Shown here: positions 8,910-19,384 of the stretch, piece after piece
How positions within the stretch are numbered: position 1 is the stretch's first letter
How the letters are laid out: each line of letters begins with the position of its first letter
DNA from: a virus
IMG/VR virus record: IMGVR_UViG_3300037245_001320
Location: 90,019-154,018 of that record
Length of the DNA: 64,000 bases
Direction: 5' to 3' (one strand)
Program-made: the position numbers and the translations under genes
Notes under the pieces: generated by a model
The model's database searches: none
What the model was told of the DNA's origin: nothing
What the model saw: the letters and a program-made list of their open reading frames with translations, nothing else

Positions 8910-10629
8910 TTATGAAATTCTCACTTCTGAAATAAATTTTAAATCATCTTTGGAGAGCTCTAATCCAAACAAATCATACATTTCTAAGATATAGTCAGAT
9001 ATTCCATGTATAGGATCAGAAGCAAATAAATAGTATCGCTCTTCTTCTGAATATGAATCTCCTCCTCTCTCAGCTTCAATGAAGTTTGGTTCTGGATGTT
9101 CTTGTGCCTCAGCATAAAGATATAAACCATATACAAGCCCTTCTCGTTTTATGTAATCCCAAAACCCATCTAAATTACTAGCTGTACAAAAGCCCTCAGA
9201 AATCTCAATACCTATACCAGCACATGAATTGTAATCTACACTCATACCTTGTTTCCTTCTTTATCATATTTCTGCATATTACTCACATCCTTAGCAGTTT
9301 GTGCACAAGCTTCTTCGATCTCATTCCATTCCACTTCTCCATAACCAGACCAATTATCTACACCCATACCCTCTAACCCAGATAGCTCTTCTGACTCATT
9401 TAGTAGATTAATGTATTCTGTAGCTGTTATTAGTACATATTCTTCTTTCTTGCTCATATCTTACTCCTTTATTAGCTTTTGTATAGCATTACTTATTTTC
9501 TTTTCTTGCTCTTTGTCTTTATGTTGTTGCCATGCATTATTTAAATTCTCTAACAGTGATAACTCAGTATTGAATTTGTGCACTTCCGAAAAACTGTAAC
9601 CATAATATAAAGTAATCGTGTTTCCTTTTACTTTTAGATCATAGTCATATAACTTATGTCTCTCACAGAATCTGGTAATAATCTCAGAGTTCTTTAATGC
9701 TTTAACATAAGCCTCTAGTATACCAACTCTTACATCAATCACCTCATCTTTTGAACAAGGCACAACGGTTCCAACAACACCATCTTTTAACACAACTGTT
9801 GTAGTTCCTTTCTTCTCTGAAAATGTAATAAACTTAATATCATCAAATCTCCTAAGGTAATCCTCTACTAGACTTTCTCTGGTAACTTTCTTTACTAACT
9901 CTGCTGTTTCAAGGCAGTCTTTATACACCGGATCTCTTTCCTCAAACAGGGACACTATTAACTCCATTCCATTATACATACCTGTCATGTAATTGTCGTG
10001 ATCCCAATTCCCAGTAGATCCTTGAACTTTTAATAGTTCATTTGCTTTTTCTAACTTCTCTAACATTATTATTTCTCCTTATTTAATTATACTTGCTAAA
10101 TCATCAGGCATCCATCCATCTGAAGCAGACCCCCATACAATATAGGAACCATCATACCAATATCCAGCATTTATATCTTTTCCTACCACAGCTAAACAGG
10201 ATCCACCAAAACAACCACACCCTGCAATACTTATGCCTGTTTTTCTAGTTAACTTAGCTAATCCTACTAGAAAAACCTTTTCTCTTTCTTCCATATTATT
10301 TCTCCTTGTCATTTGCTTACCTTCTTCCAAAACTCCCTCAAGAGTTCTTTCTCTGTTTTCTCTTTCTTATCATAGGGCTTATGTAAAACATTCTCATAGA
10401 AGAACTTCATATATTCCTCTGAGTTCTTTACATCTTCCCACACTTCTTGCCATGTATAGCTCCCTGTAAAATAATCTGATATATCCCATGAACAGAAGCA
10501 ATGTTTGTACTTTCCTCCATCAGGAACATCTTCTTGGTGCCTCACTGCCTTTGATGCATTTCTTTTATCAATATATGTGTACTTTCCATGGTCTTGGTGG
10601 ATTGGGATTTTTCTGTAGCTTCTGGCCAT
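8910..10629 (-). other. Cluster of five small hypothetical phage genes (8910..9245, 9242..9457, 9461..10066, ~10079..10330, 10309..10629)
   Basis: Tightly packed ORFs with AGGAG RBSs; 9242..9457 carries the common phage GVDNW.GY motif. Confidence 0.6.
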
Positions 10630-10639
10630 TGGGTTCTCC

Positions 10640-11554
10640 TTATACTGTGTAATCTCTTGTTAAATCCATGTATTCAATTATAGGTAATGTTCCACTGTCT
10701 TTTATTATACCCACATTGATATGACTCTTCGCAAAATGCTTCCCATATGCAAAAGCAAAACTTTTATCATCTATACCACATCCAATTTGACAAGCAAATA
10801 ATCTCTTGTGTGTTCCAACAAAATGTCTTATGTATGACTTACTATGAAAATGCCCCTGACAGCAACTCAACATGTCCTCTTTAACTCTTGAATCAGCTTG
10901 TCTCCCAATACCATGGCAGTATTTAACATCGTCAAAAGTAAACTCATCTGAATACACCCAATTAGGTGTTTCCAATATTTCACTAACTGATTTGATCCAT
11001 TGAGAGCTAATACCAGAAGCAAATGCCTTTCTGTTGGCATGACTATCATGATTACCTAAAGTAACAAATGCTTTTGGGAACGCCTCATACCAAGCTTTGA
11101 CAGCTCTTTTAGATGCTTCTAACTCCCCAACGCCTGAATAAGGGCTATCAGGATCAGTTCCATGGAAAGATGTGTAATGACCATCAACTATATCCCCAAT
11201 AAAAACAACCGTTTCACAATTATGCTTCTCTTTCATTTCTAAACAAAACTCTCTGTATCCTTTTCTTGTAAAGGGTTGATGGAGATCTCCAATAACCAAT
11301 ACATTCCCTACGTTCTTAGTGGGAGGTATAATACTCATTGAAACTTCTTCCTTGGTAGATAATCCCAATTTCTCCCTAGTAAACTCTCTTCCTTCTCTTA
11401 AATAACGGTTAAACGTCTCTAATTCTAAATCAGTTTCAAACTCTCTGTTGAATTCTTTTAACCACTGTTCTCTTTTTGTCTTGTCTAAATTCTTCGTGTT
11501 AATAACTTCATTCTCTAAGCATAAGTTGCTTACCCATTCCTGTCTCTTACTCAA
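10640..11554 (-). CDS. Calcineurin-like metallophosphoesterase
   Basis: GDLH, GDIVD, GNHD, HG and GHFH motifs. Confidence 0.9.
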   Translation of the reverse strand: MSKRQEWVSNLCLENEVINTKNLDKTKREQWLKEFNREFETDLELETFNRYLREGREFTREKLGLSTKEEVSMSIIPPTKNVGNVLVIGDLHQPFTRKGYREFCLEMKEKHNCETVVFIGDIVDGHYTSFHGTDPDSPYSGVGELEASKRAVKAWYEAFPKAFVTLGNHDSHANRKAFASGISSQWIKSVSEILETPNWVYSDEFTFDDVKYCHGIGRQADSRVKEDMLSCCQGHFHSKSYIRHFVGTHKRLFACQIGCGIDDKSFAFAYGKHFAKSHINVGIIKDSGTLPIIEYMDLTRDYTV

Positions 11555-12586
11555 TTATTTCTCCTCTTTATTTTCTTCTTCTTTTATTTTGAACGTCCAT
11601 CCCTTATGGGATTTCGCTCCTCCATGTAGGCATTTGTTTATGCTTTTATAACTTAAATTGTACTTTTTCGCAAAAGGCCTTTGCACTGTAAACTCTTCTG
11701 AAAAACCATCACTTAATCTCGTAGCAATGTAAGTTGTTTCATAAATGTTTTCTAAAGACACAATAGTCTTATCAGACAAAGTTAATACTTTAGGTAGATG
11801 TGAGAATACTTCTACAGCCCACCCAAAGGTACTTTCCTGTGCTCCTTTAACAATGTGATTCACTCCAGCTCGACTAATACCTGTTTTATCTGCGAAATCT
11901 GCTTGATCATTTGTCACATAAGTATAACCGTCATGCAATCGAATAAATTTATATATTTGTCCTGTTAAGTTCCCTCTTTTCGCGGACTCTGACAGATTAT
12001 CAAAAGCAGGAATAAAATGACAAGTGTTTCGAGAGTACAGTTTCTTCCTTCCTGAGAGAATATCCTTATCTATGTGGTATGCTCCTCTGTGAGTTTTCCA
12101 TTCATTGTAACCTTTTAATACTTTTATGTCCTCCCAAAAAGTATTAAAATTTGCCCATCTTAAGGAAACTCCAACACCAATGTAAGAAGGAGTACGCTCT
12201 TCTCTCTGTGGTCCATAACATCTTTCGAACATTCCTCTCCAAGTAAGATACTCCTGTGTGTCCTTTCTCTTGCCATCCACATATTCAGAACCTTTAGCAT
12301 CTCCCAACCCTAAATATGTATTGTAAGGTGGTTTAGGGAAGTAAGGATTTTCCACTTTACCATCACTGATATTACTCATATTAGCTATAGTAAGAAAACC
12401 ATTATCAAAAACACACAGAAATCTTAATCCTCCTGTGTTAGCTAATCTGCCCAAAATAGTTATATTGTCACAATGATTCGTGGGGAATCTTTTTCCTGTT
12501 GGGTACTGTTTGGAAGTATTAATCTGGTCTAACAGTACATCCTCTCTATTAATACTTTGTTTCATTGGTTCAATCACATCTGTCAT
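11555..12586 (-). CDS. HNH-type homing endonuclease with NUMOD-like C-terminal repeats
   Basis: W.GM..RCY, HIDKDIL..YS..TC.F..N; two HTH-like C-terminal repeats. Confidence 0.8.
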   Translation of the reverse strand: MTDVIEPMKQSINREDVLLDQINTSKQYPTGKRFPTNHCDNITILGRLANTGGLRFLCVFDNGFLTIANMSNISDGKVENPYFPKPPYNTYLGLGDAKGSEYVDGKRKDTQEYLTWRGMFERCYGPQREERTPSYIGVGVSLRWANFNTFWEDIKVLKGYNEWKTHRGAYHIDKDILSGRKKLYSRNTCHFIPAFDNLSESAKRGNLTGQIYKFIRLHDGYTYVTNDQADFADKTGISRAGVNHIVKGAQESTFGWAVEVFSHLPKVLTLSDKTIVSLENIYETTYIATRLSDGFSEEFTVQRPFAKKYNLSYKSINKCLHGGAKSHKGWTFKIKEEENKEEK

Positions 12587-12647
12587 TTCTTTAAATTCCT
12601 TCTTAACTAATATAAACCCTGAGACATATTATCCCCAAGTCTACATT

Positions 12648-12676
12648 AGTATAACACAGTTTGCAATCCTTGTCAA
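12648..12676 (-). promoter_or_regulatory. Sigma70-type promoter TTGACA-17-TATACT
   Basis: Consensus boxes with a 17-bp spacer. Confidence 0.75.
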
Positions 12677-14457
12677 GCCCTTTTAGAATATTCATTCCAT
12701 AAATAACTTAACATGTCCTCTTCTTCTGTATCAATTCCATCAATAGCTTTATCAGACATAGCTTTTTTATTATCTAATTTAGCTATTATGTACTTCTCAA
12801 TTGTCTCTTCAGCAGGAAGGAATATAGATTGTACAATGTCAGACTCTTGTCCTATACGTCTTACACGGTCCTGTCCCTGTTGTACAATATGCGAGCTGAA
12901 GCCAGTCTCAAAGAAAATAACAGTATCTGATCTATGTAGAGTTATTCCTACAGAAGCAGCGACTAAATTTCCACAGAATATTCTAATACCTTTGTCATTT
13001 TGGAAGGATTGTACCGAAGCTTCTTTATCTTCATCTTTCATTCCTCCCACAAGGCAAACTGCCTTTTTACCATAGTGATTCATCACTTGTTCTACCACTT
13101 TACGATGATGACAGAAGATAACATATCGTTTGTCAGGGTAGGTTTTTAGTAACCCATCAACATATTTAAAACAGTTTTTTAACTTGCCATCTCTCGCTAA
13201 ATCTAATAGTATTTTAAACTGAGCTCTTTTAGCTTGTTGCATCCTTGGAGAATCTTCATCTGTTTCATTCTGAGCAATCCACTCTTGAAAATTATCTGTG
13301 GCTTGATCGTACGCTAATCTAAAGTCAGGTTCTAATTCTAGGGGTATTACCATTCTAGTTGTTTTAGGTAGTTCTTTTAAAACTTCATCTTTTGTAACCC
13401 TGACCATGTAATCTTTTACTAACATGTAATTTAACTTATCTAAGTTCTTCCCTCCTGTTATCTTGATTGTATTGGCTTTATATCCTGGCTCTGTTTTACA
13501 AAAGTAATCTATAAATGCATATCGATCATTAAACCTTTCTGGGTGTAACCAATGTAACCAGTTATAGATGTTTGACGGATTATGAGGGATAGGTGTGCCT
13601 GACATTGGTATAATCGCTTGAACACCTTTCCACTTAATTCCTGTTTGCTTTTCCATCTCAGGAGATAATCCCATAAGAATCATATCCATAGCTTGAACTC
13701 TCTTAGGGGGTTTTTTACATATTGTCTTTTTCCCTCTAACTATGTGAACCTCTTCCTCAGCTTTTAATTTATACTCAGGATAATATTTAGATATGATAGT
13801 TGGTCCTGTATTATAACAGTGACATTCATCTACAGCTACATAAGAAGGTTTAAACTCTGTTAAAATATACTCTAAATGTTTCCATAACATTGCATTATTT
13901 ATAATACATATATCATGATCTTTGTAGGTTAAATCTAATCCCTTAGGAAGAGATCGTACTACATGTATTGAATAGTTATCTTTGGGATCTAACCAAAGTT
14001 CACATTCTCTTTTAAGGTTTAGCTTCAATGTCGATGGACAGACAATAAGAACCTTCTTAAATTTGCCCTCTCTGATAGTAGAGGTCATTGTCAAACTTTT
14101 CCCACATCCCATATCGGAAGCCTCATACAACCTGTAATTATGGTGCTTTATTTTCCTAATATTATCTAGTTGATAATCTCGTGCAAGGTCTGTTACATTA
14201 TCCAAAACAGTCTTCTTATATTCCATGGATAATGGAGGAGCAGGTTTAGTTGATTTCTTCTTCTCAACCTTCTTCTCTTCCTTAAAAACAAAACCCAACT
14301 GACCCAACAACTCTTCCGACCGAGGATTAACAGGGCAAGTCCACGCCCCAGAGAACTTCTTATCTTTATTATAATCAGGCACCCAATCTCTTCCTGGAAT
14401 CATCTTAATCTTAGAAACAATAGTATTCCAGAGGGGTTTGTTGTTAGGAATGTACAT
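12673..14457 (-). CDS. SNF2-family (SF2) helicase
   Basis: DMGCGKS, IVCP, DECH, SGTP, Q..DRVRRIGQ. Confidence 0.9.
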   Translation of the reverse strand: MYIPNNKPLWNTIVSKIKMIPGRDWVPDYNKDKKFSGAWTCPVNPRSEELLGQLGFVFKEEKKVEKKKSTKPAPPLSMEYKKTVLDNVTDLARDYQLDNIRKIKHHNYRLYEASDMGCGKSLTMTSTIREGKFKKVLIVCPSTLKLNLKRECELWLDPKDNYSIHVVRSLPKGLDLTYKDHDICIINNAMLWKHLEYILTEFKPSYVAVDECHCYNTGPTIISKYYPEYKLKAEEEVHIVRGKKTICKKPPKRVQAMDMILMGLSPEMEKQTGIKWKGVQAIIPMSGTPIPHNPSNIYNWLHWLHPERFNDRYAFIDYFCKTEPGYKANTIKITGGKNLDKLNYMLVKDYMVRVTKDEVLKELPKTTRMVIPLELEPDFRLAYDQATDNFQEWIAQNETDEDSPRMQQAKRAQFKILLDLARDGKLKNCFKYVDGLLKTYPDKRYVIFCHHRKVVEQVMNHYGKKAVCLVGGMKDEDKEASVQSFQNDKGIRIFCGNLVAASVGITLHRSDTVIFFETGFSSHIVQQGQDRVRRIGQESDIVQSIFLPAEETIEKYIIAKLDNKKAMSDKAIDGIDTEEEDMLSYLWNEYSKRA

Positions 14458-14721
14458 AGATAGTTCATATTCATCTCCATGCCTTAAAGCTTTTAATACT
14501 TTTAACTGTTTAGCGATATACTACCTCCTTATTCACACCCAATCTCCTCTTAAATAATCATAGAGCTTATCAACCCCTTTACTAATTAACCAAACAGAAG
14601 GCAGGATAAAAGCCCACCAACCATTACTAAAAGGAACAATCCCTATATACCTAAGATAAACACCTAAGCCTATACCCCAATAGACAATGCTACCAAAATT
14701 ATCATATCTCCTTTTTAACAT

Positions 14722-14991
14722 CTAAACCTCCTCACACCATTCAACACCAACTAATAAACAAACTTCTTCTTTAGTTGGATGTCCCATCTGTACATGCATT
14801 CCATTCAAGTTAATAACCTGTCCTGGAGTAGTAACTGTGCCGTGTATCATCCCAGTAACCAAATCTTTACTCACTTTAATATTAGCTCCATCATACTGTT
14901 TCATAATCATACCAACAGGCAGACGCTTCTTAGCATAATCCTCTTGTAATTTTTTAAAACTAAATTTATACTTCTTATCTTTCTGAAACAC
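14722..14991 (-). CDS. Hypothetical protein
   Basis: AAGGAG RBS, GTG start. Confidence 0.55.
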   Translation of the reverse strand: MFQKDKKYKFSFKKLQEDYAKKRLPVGMIMKQYDGANIKVSKDLVTGMIHGTVTTPGQVINLNGMHVQMGHPTKEEVCLLVGVEWCEEV

Positions 14992-15567
14992 TATATCTCT
15001 CCTTTAATAATTCTTTCATCTGTGTATTTGTTAAATAAATATCATCATTCATATATTTTCTTAAAAATAATAATCTACCTGCATATATTTTCTTAAAAAT
15101 AATAATCTACCTGCATATCTAACAAACCTCTTTCTCTTATTTATTTGTTTTTTAGTTAAGACATGTTTAATAACATCAAAGCTTTGTGTATCCATATCCT
15201 TCATATCTTTTATTTCCTGTTTGGTCCAATCCTTTGCTTCAAATTGACAACTGTGCCAAAGGTGACTAACAGGAATATGGTATTGACTTCCTATCTCTTC
15301 AATTTTACAAGTAGTGTACATACATAACAAGAAAGCAGAGGAGCAATTTAAACCTGATACATTTATTGTATATTCCTCAGGTTTTTTATTTATGATATCA
15401 GCCATAGCCACCATAGCAGAACCACTCCCACCCAATGAGGTAAGATACAAATACTTATGTCCTAACCCTTTTGAAAACTCAAAAAAGTCTGTTACTGCTT
15501 GTTTATCAAAATCTGTTACCATAAATAACTCGTCTTGTATTTTTAAATCTTCTTTTTTCTTTCCCAT
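14975..15567 (-). pseudogene. ClpP-like serine protease frameshifted by a 32-bp tandem duplication
   Basis: LYLTSLGG, G..CSSAF and H motifs; removing one repeat copy extends the ORF through DDIYLT to the stop at 14975. Confidence 0.6.
15050..15118. repeat. Perfect 32-bp tandem duplication
   Basis: CATATATTTTCTTAAAAATAATAATCTACCTG x2 plus CATAT. Confidence 0.95.
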
Positions 15568-15582
15568 ATATTATCTCTCCTC

Positions 15583-15912
15583 TTAATCTACATCTTTTAA
15601 AGCTTGTACTAAGCATTCATTAAAACTAGCTCCACCATTATAGAACTTTGTCTCAAATTGAATTACATCTCGACTATCCCTAGAGGCTTCAATAATATCT
15701 TCATCAGGATTACACTCCTCTTTGTCTATTGAATAAAACTCGCCATAGTAATAAACTAATGTTTCATCAGAGTTGCACCAGATATCTCGATCTATACTGA
15801 ATCCTTCCATGTCGTAGTCTTCTTTTAGTTTAAGAACCATATCTGCAAATGCTAGATCTTCATCAAACCCAATTCTATATAGTTCTCCTCTCCAATGTTC
15901 TGTGTTGCTCAT
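15583..15912 (-). CDS. Hypothetical phage protein
   Basis: GGAGG RBS; FYNGGA motif. Confidence 0.6.
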   Translation of the reverse strand: MSNTEHWRGELYRIGFDEDLAFADMVLKLKEDYDMEGFSIDRDIWCNSDETLVYYYGEFYSIDKEECNPDEDIIEASRDSRDVIQFETKFYNGGASFNECLVQALKDVD

Positions 15913-15927
15913 AAATCCTCCTGTGCC

Positions 15928-16347
15928 TTACTTAAATCCATTTGAATCCTCCTTAAAATTTCCATTTATTACTCTTGCTGTTCTCATCAAGTCATTTTCT
16001 ATATAAGCTATTCCACCATTCTCCCTTACCATTTTAACAACTGCTTTTAAACTTCTTAGTTGTCCATCAGAAAAACCTTCAGGAATTACATGTAAGATAG
16101 TTATTTTATTCATAGTTTTCACAGAGTCAATTACTTCTGCAACAGAGTAAACACCTTGCATCTCTTTAGTTAATATATACAAATGAACATTACATAAATT
16201 CCTTTTCTCATTATCCTCAACAGCTATACAATCCTCTGTCCAATCTTCTACTACTGGATCAAAGTAATTTACTTGTATGAATCCTGTCAACTTTTCTCTC
16301 CATGTTGTATCAGCACATGTACCACCTAAAAATACTTTATTTGTCAT
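15928..16347 (-). CDS. Nucleoside 2-deoxyribosyltransferase-like protein
   Basis: KVFLGGTC..WR..YFDPVV.DW...SVAE; probable start at MMTNK after AAGGAG. Confidence 0.7.
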   Translation of the reverse strand: MTNKVFLGGTCADTTWREKLTGFIQVNYFDPVVEDWTEDCIAVEDNEKRNLCNVHLYILTKEMQGVYSVAEVIDSVKTMNKITILHVIPEGFSDGQLRSLKAVVKMVRENGGIAYIENDLMRTARVINGNFKEDSNGFK

Positions 16348-16814
16348 CATTTTCTCCTTCTTCTGGTATACCAAACTTAATTACTTCCATATCATCTATA
16401 AAGGCATCAATATCAGAGTACACCCCAACAAGCCAATTATAATCCCGACCTTCTCTTATACTCATTAAATGCTTTTCAGCTTTTAACAACCTTTTATACT
16501 CTTCTGTTTTTAATAATGTGTATTCATCTAACATCATTTCTTCTTTAGTTACCATTGTAGTGCCTCCTTATAACTTATTATGTACCTTGGATGAGTAGTA
16601 GAGTAAACCATTGTGTCACTCACTTCTCCAAATGCTAAAGCATAACAGGTGAACTCTTTATGTGTATCCCATGCTGTATTATTCAAATAAGATATACCAT
16701 TACACCAAGTCCTCCCTTTAGAATGTACCCACGACAATAATGTGTTTGCTTCTTGCTGAGTACGACAATGAACTACAATCCTATTATCCTCTAGTATAAT
16801 GTCTTTAAACTTAA

Positions 16815-17450
16815 TCATTGCTCCTCCATAACAAACGTTTCTTTATCCATAACTGATACTTTTGAGTTACCTGTAACACCCCTCGAAACAGAAAAGATTC
16901 TATTAGCTGTATTTTTAATCTCTTTAGAATGAGTTACAACAATAAACTGGATACCTAAGTTTTCCGATATTGTTTGGACCAACTGACAAGCTTTTTCTAT
17001 CTGCTCGTCCCCGATCGCTTTGAAGACCTCATCTAATATGAAAATTGGGGTTGGGTTTTTAGTCAAGGTTAATAAAGCAACTCGTAAAGCTAAAGAAGCT
17101 ATAGCCATTGCACCTCCACCAGAACTAGCCCTAAATGATTCTTCAATTCCGCTCTTATACAGTACAGGTGTTGCAGTAATATTATTGTTCTTAGATTCAA
17201 TCTTCATCTTAAACTCATACTCATCTCCGAAGACCGTCTGGATGGCAACCGATACAATATCATTAAACTTACTAGCTAACTTGTCTGTTGCTTCATTAGC
17301 TAATAACTGTGCAATCATAGTAGCTTCCTTTAAGTCTAACATTGTTTCATCTAATACCAGAACAGAGTTTTTCTTCTTTTCTAATGATTCAAGTAATGTG
17401 TGTTGCTTCCCTTTTCTTTGATTTAACTTATCCCTAAAATGATTTATCAT
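16815..17450 (-). CDS. sbcC: SbcC/Rad50 C-terminal half
   Basis: Signature SSGGG, Walker B FILDE, H-loop VVTH. Confidence 0.85.
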   Translation of the reverse strand: MINHFRDKLNQRKGKQHTLLESLEKKKNSVLVLDETMLDLKEATMIAQLLANEATDKLASKFNDIVSVAIQTVFGDEYEFKMKIESKNNNITATPVLYKSGIEESFRASSGGGAMAIASLALRVALLTLTKNPTPIFILDEVFKAIGDEQIEKACQLVQTISENLGIQFIVVTHSKEIKNTANRIFSVSRGVTGNSKVSVMDKETFVMEEQ

Positions 17451-18186
17451 TTCCTAATTTCCTCCTTGCTATTTCATAAGCTTTCAATCCAATATCACAA
17501 CCTATGAAATCTCTATTTAATTCTTTACACACTTCACCTGTTGTGCATGATCCCATATAGAAATCTCCGACTAAGTCTCCTTCATTAGAAGATGCTTTTA
17601 CAATTCTCCTTAATAAAGATAAAGGCTTCTGTGTGTTATACTCTCTTTTATTATGTAATGAGAAGTTACAATCGTCCCATACATTAGTTGGTATCTTTCC
17701 TCTCTTATATTTCTCAGGAGAGATTAACTGCCTCTTAGTCGTATTTAAATTAACCACAGATTTGTAAGGAACTCTTATGTCTTCTGTATTAAACACGAAG
17801 TCTTTAGATTTAGAATAAACTAATATCTGATCGTGCTTTTTAGAGAAATGTTTCTTATCTATTCCACCAACATTGTAACTCCAAATGATATAGTTAAGGA
17901 AGTTGTTGTACCCAAACACATCATCCATAATACATCTTATCCAATGAGAAATTCTATAATCCATCTGAAGATAGATAGTGCCTGTTTCAGATAGTACTCG
18001 ATGCATCTCTTTAATCCTTGGAACATAATGCTGGTATATGACTTCCTTATCAGGTTTTAAATCCTGAAAGTCTCTGAACTTCTTGCCAGTACCATATAAG
18101 CAATCGCAATATATTAGTTGAATATGATTAGCAGGGAGATCATTTAACAATTCAAGATTATCTTTATTGTATAATTCTAACATCAT
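17434..18186 (-). CDS. Beta-class N6A/N4C DNA methyltransferase (variant motifs)
   Basis: YCDCLYG at the DPPY position, TQKP..L, DFYMGSCTT. Confidence 0.8.
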   Translation of the reverse strand: MMLELYNKDNLELLNDLPANHIQLIYCDCLYGTGKKFRDFQDLKPDKEVIYQHYVPRIKEMHRVLSETGTIYLQMDYRISHWIRCIMDDVFGYNNFLNYIIWSYNVGGIDKKHFSKKHDQILVYSKSKDFVFNTEDIRVPYKSVVNLNTTKRQLISPEKYKRGKIPTNVWDDCNFSLHNKREYNTQKPLSLLRRIVKASSNEGDLVGDFYMGSCTTGEVCKELNRDFIGCDIGLKAYEIARRKLGNDKSF

Positions 18187-18425
18187 ACATCAAACTCTTC
18201 TCTGTAAGCCTCACATTTACCTTCGTATTCTTTTTTCTGTTTCTCTTCCGAAGCTTCCTCACTAGTTATTTTAGCTTGTAATGCTTTTCCATCTGGTATT
18301 GAATAAGTAGTCTTCATCTCTTTAATAAGATTCTCCATATTTGTTTCGGCTTTTATTCTCGCTTCCTTCTGTGAATCTACCTTGTTTTTCTCTTGAACTA
18401 ATTCCTCTTTTGTAAACACTTCCAT
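18183..18425 (-). CDS. Small coiled-coil protein, possibly part of the split SbcC
   Basis: E/K-rich helical protein lying between the SbcC halves. Confidence 0.5.
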   Translation of the reverse strand: MEVFTKEELVQEKNKVDSQKEARIKAETNMENLIKEMKTTYSIPDGKALQAKITSEEASEEKQKKEYEGKCEAYREEFDV

Positions 18426-18436
18426 ATACTATCTCC

Positions 18437-19375
18437 TTACCCTTTCTCATTATGCATTTCTGCTTCACATATAGCTATATATTTATCTAGAATAGCTTGT
18501 GTGTTCTCTCTTGCTTCATTACTAATAAAATAATTATCAGTATCCTCTTTAAAATTACCTGAGTACTCTTGATCTGTAGGTATGTTATCTGCCCACTCTT
18601 GCATTCTTTTCACATCTGCGTATGCTTTTTCTGTATGCTCTGTTGTTATACACTCAGATGATTCCTTTATCTTTAAATAAATTGGAGTAAACTTCTCACC
18701 ATCAAATCTGTGTATACACGGCATATGCTTGATTTGCTTTGTTGTTCTTCGAGTTATTGATCCAGGCGATAAATATTTATCATTAACAGTAAACGTACTG
18801 TGATTATCACCAACAATGATAGCATCAAACTCAGGGAACTCTTTCACAATATCCTCAGCAACCGAAGCATCTCCTTTCACATAGAACGGAACCTTCTTTG
18901 CATAACTAAGAAAATGCCCAATTGCAATGTTTTTCTTTGTTTTATCTACATCTCTGTGTTCAAGAGTTTTACCTGCTCCAAAGTTAAATCCATAAATAAC
19001 ATAATCTCCCCATTCAAATGGTTCAGCATCTGTTAAATAAGTTAATCCTTTAGTTCTAATCATAGTACCTAAAGATCCTTTAGCTATAGCAACATCCAAC
19101 TGCTGTGAAAAATCTCGAAGCTCGTGGTTTCCAGCTATAAAGATTGTGTTCTTAGGTAAACAATCTGCATACATATTTGTTATTATCTGAGCTCCTAATG
19201 GCTTACCTACGTCAATCTGATCTCCAGCTAAGATGAATAAATCATCTCCAACTATCTCTTTTATCTGTAGTAACTTTCCTCGTTGAACTAAATACCATTC
19301 CTCTGGCGTTTCTGTTCTACACTCGGGAACGGTAATGGTTATGTGAAAATCACTACCTGTATAAATATTCTTCAT
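18437..19375 (-). CDS. sbcD: SbcD/Mre11 nuclease
   Basis: SDFH, AGD..D, GNHE, GDNH, SPGS..R. Confidence 0.85.
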   Translation of the reverse strand: MKNIYTGSDFHITITVPECRTETPEEWYLVQRGKLLQIKEIVGDDLFILAGDQIDVGKPLGAQIITNMYADCLPKNTIFIAGNHELRDFSQQLDVAIAKGSLGTMIRTKGLTYLTDAEPFEWGDYVIYGFNFGAGKTLEHRDVDKTKKNIAIGHFLSYAKKVPFYVKGDASVAEDIVKEFPEFDAIIVGDNHSTFTVNDKYLSPGSITRRTTKQIKHMPCIHRFDGEKFTPIYLKIKESSECITTEHTEKAYADVKRMQEWADNIPTDQEYSGNFKEDTDNYFISNEARENTQAILDKYIAICEAEMHNEKG

Positions 19376-19384
19376 CTATCCTCC

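Noticed and set aside
9242-10066. Named anti-defence sponge assignments for small conserved ORFs
   Set aside because: The motifs look like common phage families but cannot be assigned without a search.
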